This document shows, piece after piece, positions 1-9,863 of a DNA stretch of 64,000 nt. The notes under the pieces were generated by a model. The model had not been told where the DNA came from and did not search any database. It was given only the letters and a program-made list of their open reading frames with translations. This DNA is from an archaeon (lineage in GTDB: Archaea; Nanobdellota; Nanobdellia; Woesearchaeales; GW2011-AR9), in the NCBI GenBank assembly GCA_018670085.1, contig JABHRS010000008.1, positions 70,136-134,135 of the forward strand. The letters are read 5' to 3'. A program made the translations under genes and the position numbers. The number at the start of each line of letters is the position of its first letter. The first letter of the stretch is position 1.

Positions 1-1
1 T

Positions 2-382
2 AAAGCAGCTAAAAAGAAAAAAGCTCCTAAACGAAAAGCAGCTAAGAAGAAAGTAGCTAAGAAGAAGGCAACTAAGCGTAAAGCGGCTAAAAAGAAACCA
101 GCTAAACGAAAAGTAGCTAAAAAGAAGAAAGTAGCTAAGAAGAAACCAGCTAAGAAAAAATCTGCTGTTAGGAGAAAGGCTGCTAAGAAAGGCGTTGCTA
201 CTAAGAAGCGAAAGAAGGCTGTTCGGGTTAAAGCAGGTAAGAAAGGTGCTGCAACCAAGAAGCGAAAGAAGGCTGCACATGTTAAAGCAGGTAAGAAAGG
301 AGCTGCAACTAAGGCGCGAAAGAAAGCTGTGAGAAGAAAAGCTGGTAAAAAAGCAGCAAGAACTCGTAAGCGAAATAAATAA
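2..382 (+). CDS. 3' part of a gene for an extremely basic Lys/Ala-rich protein (histone-H1-like AKKK-type tail); 5' end lies outside the window
   Basis: Frame 2 is open from the window edge to TAA at 380-382. The translation is almost only K/A/R/V/G (KAAKKKKAPKRKAAKKKVAKKK...KKGAATKKRKKA...RTRKRNK*). A T17 run follows. It is absent from the ORF track because it is edge-truncated. Confidence 0.6.
   Translation, partial: KAAKKKKAPKRKAAKKKVAKKKATKRKAAKKKPAKRKVAKKKKVAKKKPAKKKSAVRRKAAKKGVATKKRKKAVRVKAGKKGAATKKRKKAAHVKAGKKGAATKARKKAVRRKAGKKAARTRKRNK
194..355 (+). repeat. three in-frame 54-nt (18-aa) tandem repeats inside the Lys-rich gene
   Basis: 194-247, 248-301 and 302-355 align position by position with few substitutions. 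The peptide unit is roughly (V/A)ATK(K/A)RKKA(V/A)xxKAGKK(G/A). Confidence 0.8.
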
Positions 383-388
383 TTCTTC

Positions 389-405
389 TTTTTTTTTTTT
401 TTTTT
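389..405 (+). terminator. oligo-T tract (T17), archaeal-type terminator
   Basis: 17 consecutive T shortly after the stop codon at 380-382. Confidence 0.5.
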
Positions 406-474
406 AATTTTTATTTTAAACTAAAAATCAACTAATTTAGTTATTTCTATTTGTTTTAAACAAACTGATTGGAT

Positions 475-2514
475 TTAAAAAAATCCTAAGAATTGATTGA
501 ATAATTGTTTAATTGAATCAACAAAAGAGCCTGCCTCAACTGTAATTTGAGTGGTTTCAGTCAATGAATATTCTCTTTTTAACGCATCATTCCAAGTTAT
601 TTGAATTTCTAACTGGTTGTTTTTAGCTAAAGTTGAAGAATCAATCTCAAGATTCAAATTTTCACTAGATGAAAGCTGCTCAACATCAAAAGTAAATTTT
701 TGGCGTCCAGTGTCTATAATCACTTCAACATTCATTGGAGTTGCAATACTGTCTTTGTTTATAGCTAAGGTGATTGGAATTGTTTCACCAAAATTAACTG
801 TGTTTTTAGCGTTAATATCCAATGAAACCTGCGCAGCATCAAGAACTAATATGCTTAGAATTTCTTTATCTTCAGTGTTATCAATTTCAACTGATGTTTC
901 TAAATTTTGATAACCTGTTTCAGTAAATGAGATTGTCTCTTTAACTGTTTTTGATTCTGAAAGTAGTAGTCCGAAAGATTCACAGATTTCAGTGATACAA
1001 ACTTTTACTTCATCAATTATCTGATTGCCTACATTTTCAACTTCACAAGTAATTGTTGCTGAGTTTTCGATTGCAATTTGGTCTGGATAGTTACAGTTGA
1101 TTTGAACATCTTGATTAAGTGACTGTGTTTCTACCTCTATTAATGAAGTAATTTCATCTTCTGAATATGTTGGTTTATTGATACCTGCATTAAAAGTATT
1201 TGTAGAGTTAACAATTGAATTTGCAAAAACTATATATGGGAAGCTGTAAGTATATTCGCTCTTTAAAGCATCATCTACTTCAACTATCCACTCTTCAGTG
1301 TGAGAGCCAAGAGCATCAATTACAATGACTTTCTTTTCGTCTAAAATGTTAATCTCTTCTGGTGCGATTAACCTTAACTCAACAGCTTGTCTTGAATTTT
1401 TATTATTGTAAATATTGGCTGTGATTAAATTAAAACTGCCAAAATTAACCATTGATGCGTAATGTTCTGTTTCAATTTCTAAACTTGGAGAAATTTTGTA
1501 TCCGAATTTAGAATTTTCTACATTGAATTCTAAATCTTCACTTTCAAGTCCAATATTTTTAGCAGTCCATTCATAATAAATACTTGGTTCAGTTGGGTCA
1601 ACACTATATTTTAATGGGATGTGTGTTGCATCAACAAAACCATACTGACCAAAGGTTGGATCAAAAGAAACCCATCCTGAATGAGGGATATAAACTTCTG
1701 CCCATCCATGTGCTTGCCAAGGATCACTGAATAAATCACTTCTAGTATAAGTTAATCCTGAAACGAACCTTGCTGGAATTCCAAGTGATCTGGAAAAAGA
1801 AATGAACAGGCTTGTCATCTCATCACAAACACCTTCTCTTGTTTCTAAAACTGAACTTGCAGGAAGAGATGCTTCCGCGTTTAACGTCGACAAATTGTAT
1901 TCAATATTACCTTCAACCCATGAAGCCATTTCAACTAATGCTTCAAATAAATTAGTGTGACCTTGAGCTAAGGCAGATGCTCTGCGTTTAATTTCATCAT
2001 TCTCCCAATCAATTGTATCTGTAACTGAGAGATATTCTTCCAAACCGTTTGCAGAAATTTCGCTTGCGGAAAGTTCTATTGGAAAATTATCAGAATTCTG
2101 AATTAAATGTTTAGTACTATCAATTGTAACTTTAGCATCATAGGTGAATGATTTGTCAAGTGGGTCTTTGTTGGTGAATGTATAGGTGATAGTGTCATCT
2201 GCAATTTCCCCTTCTGAACTGGTAGATTCTGAAATTAAGGTGACATAATTATTGTCTTCTTGAACATAAAGGTGTAAATTAGTTGTTGCTGATTGTAATG
2301 AAGCTGAGCTGGACTGTTCTATTAACTCAAAATCTCCAGAAACGGTGATGTCATAAGTAACTGATTCATAAGTTGCAAGATCTGCTAGGCCTTCATTTAC
2401 TTCTGCTAGTGTGTTGGAGGCAATAATTACTGTAGTAAAAATAACAAATAAAAGTAAAAATAGTGATTTTGATAAGAACTTTTTAGTGGATTTTTGATCT
2501 TTTTTATTTGCCAT
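475..2514 (-). CDS. anchored/secreted transglutaminase-like (papain-fold) protein with C-terminal beta-sandwich repeats
   Basis: N-terminal hydrophobic anchor (LFLLLFVIFTTVIIAS). Transglutaminase-core Cys-His-Asp context: GVCDEMTSLF ... AHGWAEVY ... SFDPT. Long C-terminal region of Ig/CARDB-like composition. Confidence 0.8.
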   Translation of the reverse strand: MANKKDQKSTKKFLSKSLFLLLFVIFTTVIIASNTLAEVNEGLADLATYESVTYDITVSGDFELIEQSSSASLQSATTNLHLYVQEDNNYVTLISESTSSEGEIADDTITYTFTNKDPLDKSFTYDAKVTIDSTKHLIQNSDNFPIELSASEISANGLEEYLSVTDTIDWENDEIKRRASALAQGHTNLFEALVEMASWVEGNIEYNLSTLNAEASLPASSVLETREGVCDEMTSLFISFSRSLGIPARFVSGLTYTRSDLFSDPWQAHGWAEVYIPHSGWVSFDPTFGQYGFVDATHIPLKYSVDPTEPSIYYEWTAKNIGLESEDLEFNVENSKFGYKISPSLEIETEHYASMVNFGSFNLITANIYNNKNSRQAVELRLIAPEEINILDEKKVIVIDALGSHTEEWIVEVDDALKSEYTYSFPYIVFANSIVNSTNTFNAGINKPTYSEDEITSLIEVETQSLNQDVQINCNYPDQIAIENSATITCEVENVGNQIIDEVKVCITEICESFGLLLSESKTVKETISFTETGYQNLETSVEIDNTEDKEILSILVLDAAQVSLDINAKNTVNFGETIPITLAINKDSIATPMNVEVIIDTGRQKFTFDVEQLSSSENLNLEIDSSTLAKNNQLEIQITWNDALKREYSLTETTQITVEAGSFVDSIKQLFNQFLGFF

Positions 2515-2701
2515 AGGTATTGGAAGATTTTAAGGTACTTAAATATTGTTTTTATGACTTATTTTTGTTAAAACATTTATTTTACCAATGTATTTTACTT
2601 GTGGTTAAATAATAAATGGTGCTCAATAAATTTGGACCGAGCCAAAGGCGAGCATGCAACTATATCTATTGACTGGTGGTGTTTAAATTTGTTTGACATA
2701 G

Positions 2702-2711
2702 TTTATAAAAA
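2702..2711 (+). promoter_or_regulatory. TATA box (TTTATAAAAA) for a leaderless transcript
   Basis: Starts 29 nt upstream of ATG 2731, the same spacing seen at many genes in this window. Confidence 0.5.
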
Positions 2712-2730
2712 AAGGACTTAATTGTAACTT

Positions 2731-3375
2731 ATGTCAAAAATAGAATCAAAAGCTGTCGCTTTACTCAGTGGAGGGATAGATAGTCCAGTTGCAATTCACT
2801 TGCTTCAAGATAAATTAGATATTTTAGCAGTACATTTTCATCAAATTCCACTTACTGATGAGCGAGAGCGAGAAAAGGTAAGAGAACTTGCTAAACATTT
2901 AGGTATTAAAAAAATGTATTTAATCTCATTTGCTGAAATTTTGAAAATATTGGTTGAAAAATGTGATCATCGATATTATTTTGTTCTAAGTAAAATTTTA
3001 ATGTATAAAGTAGCTGAAAAAATTGCAGTTAAAGAATCTGCTGATTTTTTGATAACTGGGGGAAATCTGGCGCAAGTTAGTAGTCAAACTTTACCAAGTA
3101 TGCATGCAATTACTAGTCAAATTAAGATGACTATTTTGCGTCCATTACTTTGTTTTGATAAACAAGAAATTATTGATATTGCTCGTGAGATTGGAACATT
3201 TGAGATCTCCAAAGGACCTGAGATGTGCAGTTTGCTCGGACCAAAAAATCCAGTGACTAAGGCAAGATTGCATTTAGTTGAGAAAGAGCTTTTGAAGTTG
3301 GATGTTGACAAATTGATTGAGATATCTTTGAGTAGTGAGAATGTTGAGATTGTTGAGATTGTTGAGGCAAAATAA
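2731..3375 (+). CDS. PP-loop ATPase of the ThiI / tRNA thiolation type (adenylation domain only, no THUMP domain)
   Basis: AVALLSGGIDSPVA matches the SGGxDS PP-loop. Only 214 aa. The C-terminus has a short coding repeat (VEIVEIVE). Confidence 0.65.
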   Translation: MSKIESKAVALLSGGIDSPVAIHLLQDKLDILAVHFHQIPLTDEREREKVRELAKHLGIKKMYLISFAEILKILVEKCDHRYYFVLSKILMYKVAEKIAVKESADFLITGGNLAQVSSQTLPSMHAITSQIKMTILRPLLCFDKQEIIDIAREIGTFEISKGPEMCSLLGPKNPVTKARLHLVEKELLKLDVDKLIEISLSSENVEIVEIVEAK

Positions 3376-3440
3376 TAATAATATGATTTTTATTGTAATC
3401 TAACTTGATAATTTTACGATTTTCATATTTGTATCGAAGA

Positions 3441-3449
3441 ATATTTAAA
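3441..3449 (+). promoter_or_regulatory. TATA box (ATATTTAAA) for leaderless cysS
   Basis: Starts 31 nt upstream of ATG 3472. Confidence 0.5.
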
Positions 3450-3471
3450 CAAAAGATCTTAATTGTAAAAA

Positions 3472-4923
3472 ATGGTTCAGGATTCTAAAACTCAAGTATT
3501 GTTGTACAACACTCTTAGTCACAAAAAAGAAGAATTTACTCCTTTAAATTCAAAGGAAGTTAGTTTATACACTTGCGGACCTACTGTTTATAATTACGCG
3601 CATATTGGAAATCTTCGGAGCTATATTTTTGAAGATTTCTTGCGGCGAATGTTAGAATATTCTGGTTATAAAGTTAAACATGTGATGAACATTACTGATG
3701 TTGGACATCTCACCTCAGATGCTGATAGTGGCGAAGATAAAATGCTTAAAGGAGCTAAGAGAGAGAAAAAAACTGTTTGGGAAATCGCGGAATTTTACAC
3801 TGAAGCTTTTATGCAAGATATGAGTGCCTTGAATTTGCTCGCACCTTCAATTGTCTGCAAGGCAACTGATCACATAAAAGAGCAGATTTCTATGATTGAG
3901 TCTCTTGAGAAAAAAGGATTTACTTATACTGCTGGTGGAAATGTGTATTTTGACACTTCAAAATTGTCTGATTATGGGAAACTTGCTGGCTTGGATTTGA
4001 AAGCAGAAGATAAATCTCAAGCTCGAGTTGCTGTTGATGAAAATAAAAAGAATTCGCATGATTTTGTGTTATGGTTTACAAAAAGTAAATTTGATGACCA
4101 AGCAATGAAATGGAAGAGCCCATGGGGCGAGGAAGGTTATCCTGGATGGCATATTGAGTGTAGTGCAATGGCGAGTAAATATTTGGGAGATCAATTTGAT
4201 ATTCATTGTGGTGGAATTGATCATATCTCTGTCCACCATACAAATGAGATTGCACAGAGTGAAGCTGCATTATCTGTGAATAAATGGGTTCAATTTTGGA
4301 TGCATGGAGAATTTTTAGTTGTTGGAAAAGATCAGAAAATGTCTAAATCAAAAGATAATTTTTTGACACTTGCTGTTATTTTTGATAAAGGATATTCTGC
4401 ACTTGATTATAGGTATTTTTGTTTAGGTGCGCATTACAGAAAGGCACTTACTTTTAGTTTTGAAGCTTTGGAGTCAGCTAAAGTTGCGCGTCTTAAGTTG
4501 CAAGAAAAAATTTGGGCACTTCATGAATTGGCGGCAGGGATTACCTTGGACAAATTAGGATTTGAAAATCTGTCTGAATCTGCTAAAGGTTATTATACTA
4601 AATTTAATGAACAAATTTTTAGTGACTTGAACATGCCTCGGGCATTGGCGGTTGTTTGGGATCTACTTAAAGACAATGATCTGTCTGATAATGAAAAATA
4701 TTTACTTGTAATTAATTTTGATTCTGTGCTTGGTTTAAGACTTGATTCAGTTAAACCTGCTCCTGACGTACCTGAAGAAGTAGTTGCACTTGCTGAGAAG
4801 CGTTCTGTTGCTCGGGCAAGTAAAGATTGGGAAGTTGGTGATAAACTTCGAGAAGAAGTTAAAAAAATGGGTTACAAAATTCAAGATAATCCTGATGGTA
4901 GTTTTGAGTTAATTAAGAATTAG
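3472..4923 (+). CDS. cysS: cysteinyl-tRNA synthetase
   Basis: Class I signatures: AHIGNLRSY (HIGH) and QKMSKSKDN (KMSKS). Typical CysRS motifs CGPTVYNYAHIGN and WHIECSAM. 483 aa. Confidence 0.95.
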   Translation: MVQDSKTQVLLYNTLSHKKEEFTPLNSKEVSLYTCGPTVYNYAHIGNLRSYIFEDFLRRMLEYSGYKVKHVMNITDVGHLTSDADSGEDKMLKGAKREKKTVWEIAEFYTEAFMQDMSALNLLAPSIVCKATDHIKEQISMIESLEKKGFTYTAGGNVYFDTSKLSDYGKLAGLDLKAEDKSQARVAVDENKKNSHDFVLWFTKSKFDDQAMKWKSPWGEEGYPGWHIECSAMASKYLGDQFDIHCGGIDHISVHHTNEIAQSEAALSVNKWVQFWMHGEFLVVGKDQKMSKSKDNFLTLAVIFDKGYSALDYRYFCLGAHYRKALTFSFEALESAKVARLKLQEKIWALHELAAGITLDKLGFENLSESAKGYYTKFNEQIFSDLNMPRALAVVWDLLKDNDLSDNEKYLLVINFDSVLGLRLDSVKPAPDVPEEVVALAEKRSVARASKDWEVGDKLREEVKKMGYKIQDNPDGSFELIKN

Positions 4924-4930
4924 AATAAAT

Positions 4931-4960
4931 AAATGTTAAAAAATGTTAAAAAATGTTGAA
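4931..4960. repeat. three tandem 10-mers (AAATGTTAAA x2, AAATGTTGAA) between convergent genes
   Basis: Read directly. The last unit forms the palindrome ATGTTgaaaAACAT with the following bases. Confidence 0.6.
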
Positions 4961-4988
4961 AAACATAAAAAAAAAATCAAAAAAATAA

Positions 4989-6992
4989 TTAAAATTTCTT
5001 AGTTAATTGATACACTGGTTGTTCATGAGTTCCGTTAGTAGTTAAAGCATGGTAAGCCATGTTCTGAGTGTTTTCAATTCCTGTGCTTAAGATTTCTTCA
5101 CGTAACATAGAAGCACTTTGGGATTTAAATCCAAGTTCTTTAGCTGCAACCATTAACCTTTTACTTGCAGTTGTTCCACCAATACCTAAATTGTCGCCTA
5201 CATTTTGCATGCTAGATTTAATCCTAGCATAATCACCATTTGTATTTGCAGTGTTTACAATATCTGCAAAGTCAATAACTGCTTGAAGTCCTTGGTAATC
5301 TCTTAAAGCTTGATGTTCATCTTTTGTTAATGCGCCAACTAGCATAGTATCTTGGTAGATTCTAGTTGTTGGGTTATCAAAAGCTTCTGCTCCTGCTCTA
5401 AAAGTACTATAAACTTCATCCCCAAATTGAGATAAGTTGCTTGCATTTGGAACACTTGCGTACTGAGGCGAAGAAACTTTAGTTGAAATGTCACCTTCGT
5501 TTCTTGATGCAACAGTTGCAGGGACTAAATTTGCAAGATTAACAACTCTAGCAACTGGTTTTATTGCAACAACTCTGTCTATTGAGACATCGTTTGGAGT
5601 AAATGGTGAAGGTGTTATACTATCATTATCATTTTCAACCACAACAGTTGGCGTTGGATTATTTTTAGCTGCAAGTGCCACATGATATGCATCTTCGAAT
5701 TTAACTGGAAGTAATAAAGTTGCATCTCCACTAGCAAATCCTTCTCGAACTAACTTGTCCATCTCAACTTTTGTTTGATGGTACCCATTAAATTCAATAT
5801 TGGTTCTGATAACTTCTGACCAGCTTGAAAAGTTACTTGCTCCTAAATGAGTTTTTCCTCTTAACTCATGGACATTTGCAAGATCTGCATAAATTGAATT
5901 GTCTTCTCCTACAAAATTAGTGTTGGACATTCCGTTATTCCATGCGCCAGTATTAGCTGATTCAACGTTTAACCAATCTGTACCTAAGGCTAAATTGTCA
6001 TATAAATGCCAGATGTGATCTGTTTCCATATCTTCTGGATTATATTCTGCAATAAAATATCCTTCTGGGATTTCTTTTGCCGGAGTGCTTTGGATAGCTA
6101 AGGTTTTTGGAATTGGTGAATTCACTGCTGTGTTTTGAGCTGGAGCTGTATCTTTAGCTAGAAGTTGTTTTGCTACAACGCTGCTTGGATTTGAATTTGG
6201 TTTTTCTACTATATCAACTGCTGCAAGTAATTCTGTATTTGAATTTGCATAAAGTTTTGGAAAAATTCTTTCAAGTTGTGTTGTGTCATAGGTTGCGGTA
6301 AATGCATCTCCATTTGGAATAATTGTTTGTTTTCCTCTTGTTTCAGCTAAATGTTGCTTAAATCCATTTACTAATTCTACATTTGTTGCTGTTTCTAGAC
6401 CAAGTGCACTTGTATAAACAACTGCGCCATTGATATCCCGAGCAATAAATGCTTCGTTAACCTTAGTGGTTGGTACACCTCTCATGTTAACAGTGTAAAC
6501 TGTACCATTGTTTGTATTTACAGTTGTAACATCAGTATGAAGTCCAATTGAGAATAACTCTGCAGTATCATTACAACTTTCATATCCATCAAAAGTTCCA
6601 GATAATCCTTTCCATAATGCATAAGCTGAGACTAATCCGTTGGTGTTGAATGCAGAAATTGTGGTGGTTGATGTTCTGTGTTTTCCTAAACCTTCATAAC
6701 TTTTGTCAATTGTGAGTGCACTTGGAAGAGATTGTGGTCCTAAACTTTGATCTGTTTGGATAAATGACCCATAGTTTCCTTCGCATCCTTGAGATTCAAT
6801 TAAATTTGCAAGGCCAGTTGCGAATTCAATATCAACTGGACTTAAAGGAGATAATCTAACTCCAGTATCATCAAAGACAATTTGATTTGATTTTATACCA
6901 TGTGTTGAATCAGCAAATGCTGCTGTTGGTGTGTTAAGGCTTGCTGCCACTAATGCTGAGAGTAAAATTGATCTTTTGGTTGGTTTTGACAT
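4989..6992 (-). CDS. secreted protein of unknown function (Sec-type signal peptide)
   Basis: The ORF is open to 7043. However, ATG 6992 is preceded by AGGAGA (7001-7006, 8-nt spacer) and gives MSKPTKRSILLSALVAASLNTPTAAFA, a classic n-h-c signal peptide with AxA. I recognise no catalytic motif. Confidence 0.6.
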   Translation of the reverse strand: MSKPTKRSILLSALVAASLNTPTAAFADSTHGIKSNQIVFDDTGVRLSPLSPVDIEFATGLANLIESQGCEGNYGSFIQTDQSLGPQSLPSALTIDKSYEGLGKHRTSTTTISAFNTNGLVSAYALWKGLSGTFDGYESCNDTAELFSIGLHTDVTTVNTNNGTVYTVNMRGVPTTKVNEAFIARDINGAVVYTSALGLETATNVELVNGFKQHLAETRGKQTIIPNGDAFTATYDTTQLERIFPKLYANSNTELLAAVDIVEKPNSNPSSVVAKQLLAKDTAPAQNTAVNSPIPKTLAIQSTPAKEIPEGYFIAEYNPEDMETDHIWHLYDNLALGTDWLNVESANTGAWNNGMSNTNFVGEDNSIYADLANVHELRGKTHLGASNFSSWSEVIRTNIEFNGYHQTKVEMDKLVREGFASGDATLLLPVKFEDAYHVALAAKNNPTPTVVVENDNDSITPSPFTPNDVSIDRVVAIKPVARVVNLANLVPATVASRNEGDISTKVSSPQYASVPNASNLSQFGDEVYSTFRAGAEAFDNPTTRIYQDTMLVGALTKDEHQALRDYQGLQAVIDFADIVNTANTNGDYARIKSSMQNVGDNLGIGGTTASKRLMVAAKELGFKSQSASMLREEILSTGIENTQNMAYHALTTNGTHEQPVYQLTKKF

Positions 6993-7577
6993 TTTTGTAT
7001 TCTCCTGTTGGTTATATTTTGTTATTTTGATTGATTTTTTCAATATTATCTGGTTATTTCAAATGACAGGGATTTATTTGTCATTCACTAGTAGTTCAAA
7101 TTCAGTATATTCTTTATATATTTTTCCCTCGATTTTGATGGTTTTTGAGGTTATTTAAAAGGATTGTCCATTTAAAATGCTTATTTTTGTTGTTTTTCAT
7201 CAGAAATTTTGAAATTTTTAACTGATTTGAATCTTTGGAAGGATTAGAAGTTAAATTTCAATCATTACTATTTTTTTTACTATTTTTGAAACTTTTTTGC
7301 AATTTATTTTCAATCTTTTTAGAATTTTTTTACATGTTGTATTTTTGTTGTAGTTTTTGTTTTTGTTGTTATTTTTTATTTTAACTTTTTAATTTCTTAA
7401 AATAATCTTGCCATCATCTTACCACAATTTCACTACAATTTCATCATTATTTTTTAATTTTTTTTAATGTGTTCATATCTATAGTTAATAAAAAACTGTA
7501 TCAAATTAATGCTTTAGTAATTAATGCGAGGAATTTAGTTGTTTTAAACATTTTCTCGACTGCAATTTTGCAGAAGC

Positions 7578-7585
7578 TTTATAAA
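7578..7585 (+). promoter_or_regulatory. TATA box (TTTATAAA) of the giant-protein operon
   Basis: Starts 31 nt upstream of in-frame ATG 7609. It abuts the ORF-track ATG at 7585, so 7609 is the more likely leaderless start. Confidence 0.45.
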
Positions 7586-7608
7586 TGTCAAAGTGTATCT
7601 TTGAACTT

Positions 7609-9795
7609 ATGTTTTTTAATAGAGGGGTTGGTGGTAGAGATAGTACTATTACTACTAAATCCACTACTAATATCACAACTAACAATTTTAAACAAATAAC
7701 TGATAAGATTTCTACTAAAAATAAAAAAGGACAAGTTACTATTTTCATAATCCTTGGTATTCTTTTATTACTCTCTGTCGCTTTGATTCTTTTACTCCGA
7801 GCAGAACAAGTTGGGTTTGAAATTTCTGAGATTATTCCAACTAAAAAAGGGGTTGTGGAAGAATATATTAGCAGCTGTATCAACGAAGTAGGATCCGATG
7901 CATTAAGTCTAATTGGTTTACAAGGAGGGTATATTGAAGTACCTGAGAGATATACTGATGATATCAATTGGCATATCCCTGTTAGTGATTTTATTGCTGT
8001 TCCACTTTGGGGAAGTGGAAATTTAATCGACCGACCTTCAATCTCTCAAATTAAAAATGATGTAGATGAATATGTTGAAGAAAATGTTCGTAATTGTTTA
8101 TTCGAAAATGAGATTAATGGAGGAGTATTTGATGAAATTTATACTCTAATTGAACTTGATGACATTGTAAGTGATGTGAAATTTGAAGATTCACATACAG
8201 ATTTTGATGTGACTTGGGACATTGTAGTTCAAGATAAAAGTGGAGAAGTGTTAAGTGAAATTATTCAACACAGTTCTAGAAGTGATGTTCAGTTTAAAAC
8301 CATGTATGATACAGCTTCAGACATTTTGGACACTGAAATGCTTGAATTAAAGTTAGAAGATATTACTCAGGATCTAATCTCTCTTGAACATGATAATTTG
8401 CCAGTTGCTGGAATGGAAATCAGTTGTGCTCCAAAACAATGGCGAACAAGTCAAGTTGAAGAAACATTAAAAGAAATGCTTCGAATAAATATTAGAGCAC
8501 TTCGAGTTGAAGGAACTAGTTTTACTGAATATTCAGAAGCTTTTCCATATTATCAAAATCATTATACTTGGAATATTGATGGGGAGGTAAGTGAGGATGT
8601 GGAAGTTAACTTTAGATATGAAAATAACTACCCATTCACATTTCAAGTAACTCCAACTAGCGGTGGATTAATGAAAAGTAATCAATTAGGTGGTGGAAAA
8701 TTATTGGATTTTCTTTGTTTGCAACAGTGGAAATTTACTTATGATGTTGTTTACCCTGTAATGATTCAAGTTTATGATGAAGACACCGGTGCTGTACTTC
8801 AAATGGGTGTTAGTGTAAATTTGGTAACTAATTATCCAGATAAAGGAGGAGTTGTTTACGCAAGAGAATCATACTTTGGAAATGATGCTGTAAATGAGGA
8901 AGAATATTGTCAAGATAGCAGTTATGTCTTGCCAGTAAGTGTAACCACTTATTCAGAAATTTCAAACGGTGCGAACGGAGTTTATTACCGGGAAACACTT
9001 GAAGATGTGAACATTAGCTATACTTGTCTGCTCTATACTTGTCCGATGGGTGCTAGTGAATACGATTATGAACAACGTGGAGATGTTGCTGGTCTTACTG
9101 CATTAATTCCATACTGTGCTGGCGGAATTCTTCGAGGAGAGAAAGATGGTTATTTAGACACTTGGACTTTTACCGATGTTAGAGAAGGTGATGAACATGA
9201 ATTGAATTTACGTCCTTTGCTTTCATTCCCACTTTCTCAAGTAGAAATAGTTAAACATACTATTAGTTCTTATGATTGCGGGGATGATGAACCAGTTGAT
9301 AACAACGGTCTTTGCGTAACAGTTGATACTGATGGTAGTGCACTTGATGAAGATGAAACTGTACTTGTGAATCTTCGAATGCTTGATGATGATATTGAAA
9401 TTATAACAGGTCAAGATGTGGGATCTAATGAGTCTACTGAATCTGAGTTATCAGATGAATTTGCTTTTTTTGCTTTAGAAGAAGAAGGGAATGAAGTTCA
9501 TAGTGTTGAGTTTGTAATGTCACCAACTTTTGAAGAAGAATTTTTAACCGAAGCCGTTGTAGATTTGTTATACGGTGCTGACTTTGAATATGAATTAATC
9601 ATCACACTAGTGAATGAAGAAGAATTACTTGGTGGATATGAAGGAATTGTGACTTTACCTTGGAGTGGGTTGGGCGCAGCAGAAACATTGAAATTTCATG
9701 TTTTTGATATCAAAGCAGGAGATGATGAATTTTATACCATCTTAGGTGGATTAGAAGAGTATACTAATTTGATCCCAGATATTGAGGTTGAATGA
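7609..9795 (+). CDS. acidic surface protein of unknown function with a pilin-like KKGQ + hydrophobic helix segment
   Basis: ORF open from 7585. KNKKGQVTIFIILGILLLLSVALILLL is followed by about 680 aa of acidic extracellular-looking sequence. No known catalytic motif. Confidence 0.6.
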   Translation: MFFNRGVGGRDSTITTKSTTNITTNNFKQITDKISTKNKKGQVTIFIILGILLLLSVALILLLRAEQVGFEISEIIPTKKGVVEEYISSCINEVGSDALSLIGLQGGYIEVPERYTDDINWHIPVSDFIAVPLWGSGNLIDRPSISQIKNDVDEYVEENVRNCLFENEINGGVFDEIYTLIELDDIVSDVKFEDSHTDFDVTWDIVVQDKSGEVLSEIIQHSSRSDVQFKTMYDTASDILDTEMLELKLEDITQDLISLEHDNLPVAGMEISCAPKQWRTSQVEETLKEMLRINIRALRVEGTSFTEYSEAFPYYQNHYTWNIDGEVSEDVEVNFRYENNYPFTFQVTPTSGGLMKSNQLGGGKLLDFLCLQQWKFTYDVVYPVMIQVYDEDTGAVLQMGVSVNLVTNYPDKGGVVYARESYFGNDAVNEEEYCQDSSYVLPVSVTTYSEISNGANGVYYRETLEDVNISYTCLLYTCPMGASEYDYEQRGDVAGLTALIPYCAGGILRGEKDGYLDTWTFTDVREGDEHELNLRPLLSFPLSQVEIVKHTISSYDCGDDEPVDNNGLCVTVDTDGSALDEDETVLVNLRMLDDDIEIITGQDVGSNESTESELSDEFAFFALEEEGNEVHSVEFVMSPTFEEEFLTEAVVDLLYGADFEYELIITLVNEEELLGGYEGIVTLPWSGLGAAETLKFHVFDIKAGDDEFYTILGGLEEYTNLIPDIEVE

Positions 9796-9863
9796 AATTT
9801 GAATTATAACTGAGTTAAGACAATAAAAATAATAATAAAGATCACAACAAAAATAATAATTAG

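Noticed and set aside
2590-2680. GC-richer patch (GGTGCTC...GAGCATGC) in the divergent spacer upstream of the ThiI-like gene, considered as a small RNA
   Set aside because: It has only a 6-bp stem around a 25-nt loop, with no terminator and no recognisable motif. The evidence is insufficient.
7609-7760. A firm call of a class III (pilin) signal peptide for the 728-aa protein
   Set aside because: The KKGQ/hydrophobic pattern fits, but it lies 41 residues from the N-terminus, longer than usual. No prepilin peptidase is in the window. It is kept only as a hedged observation.
7469-7967. ORFs 7469-7699 (+) and 7521-7967 (-)
   Set aside because: They overlap the promoter and 5' end of the 728-aa surface-protein gene. 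The peptides are hydrophobic or low-complexity with no start signals.
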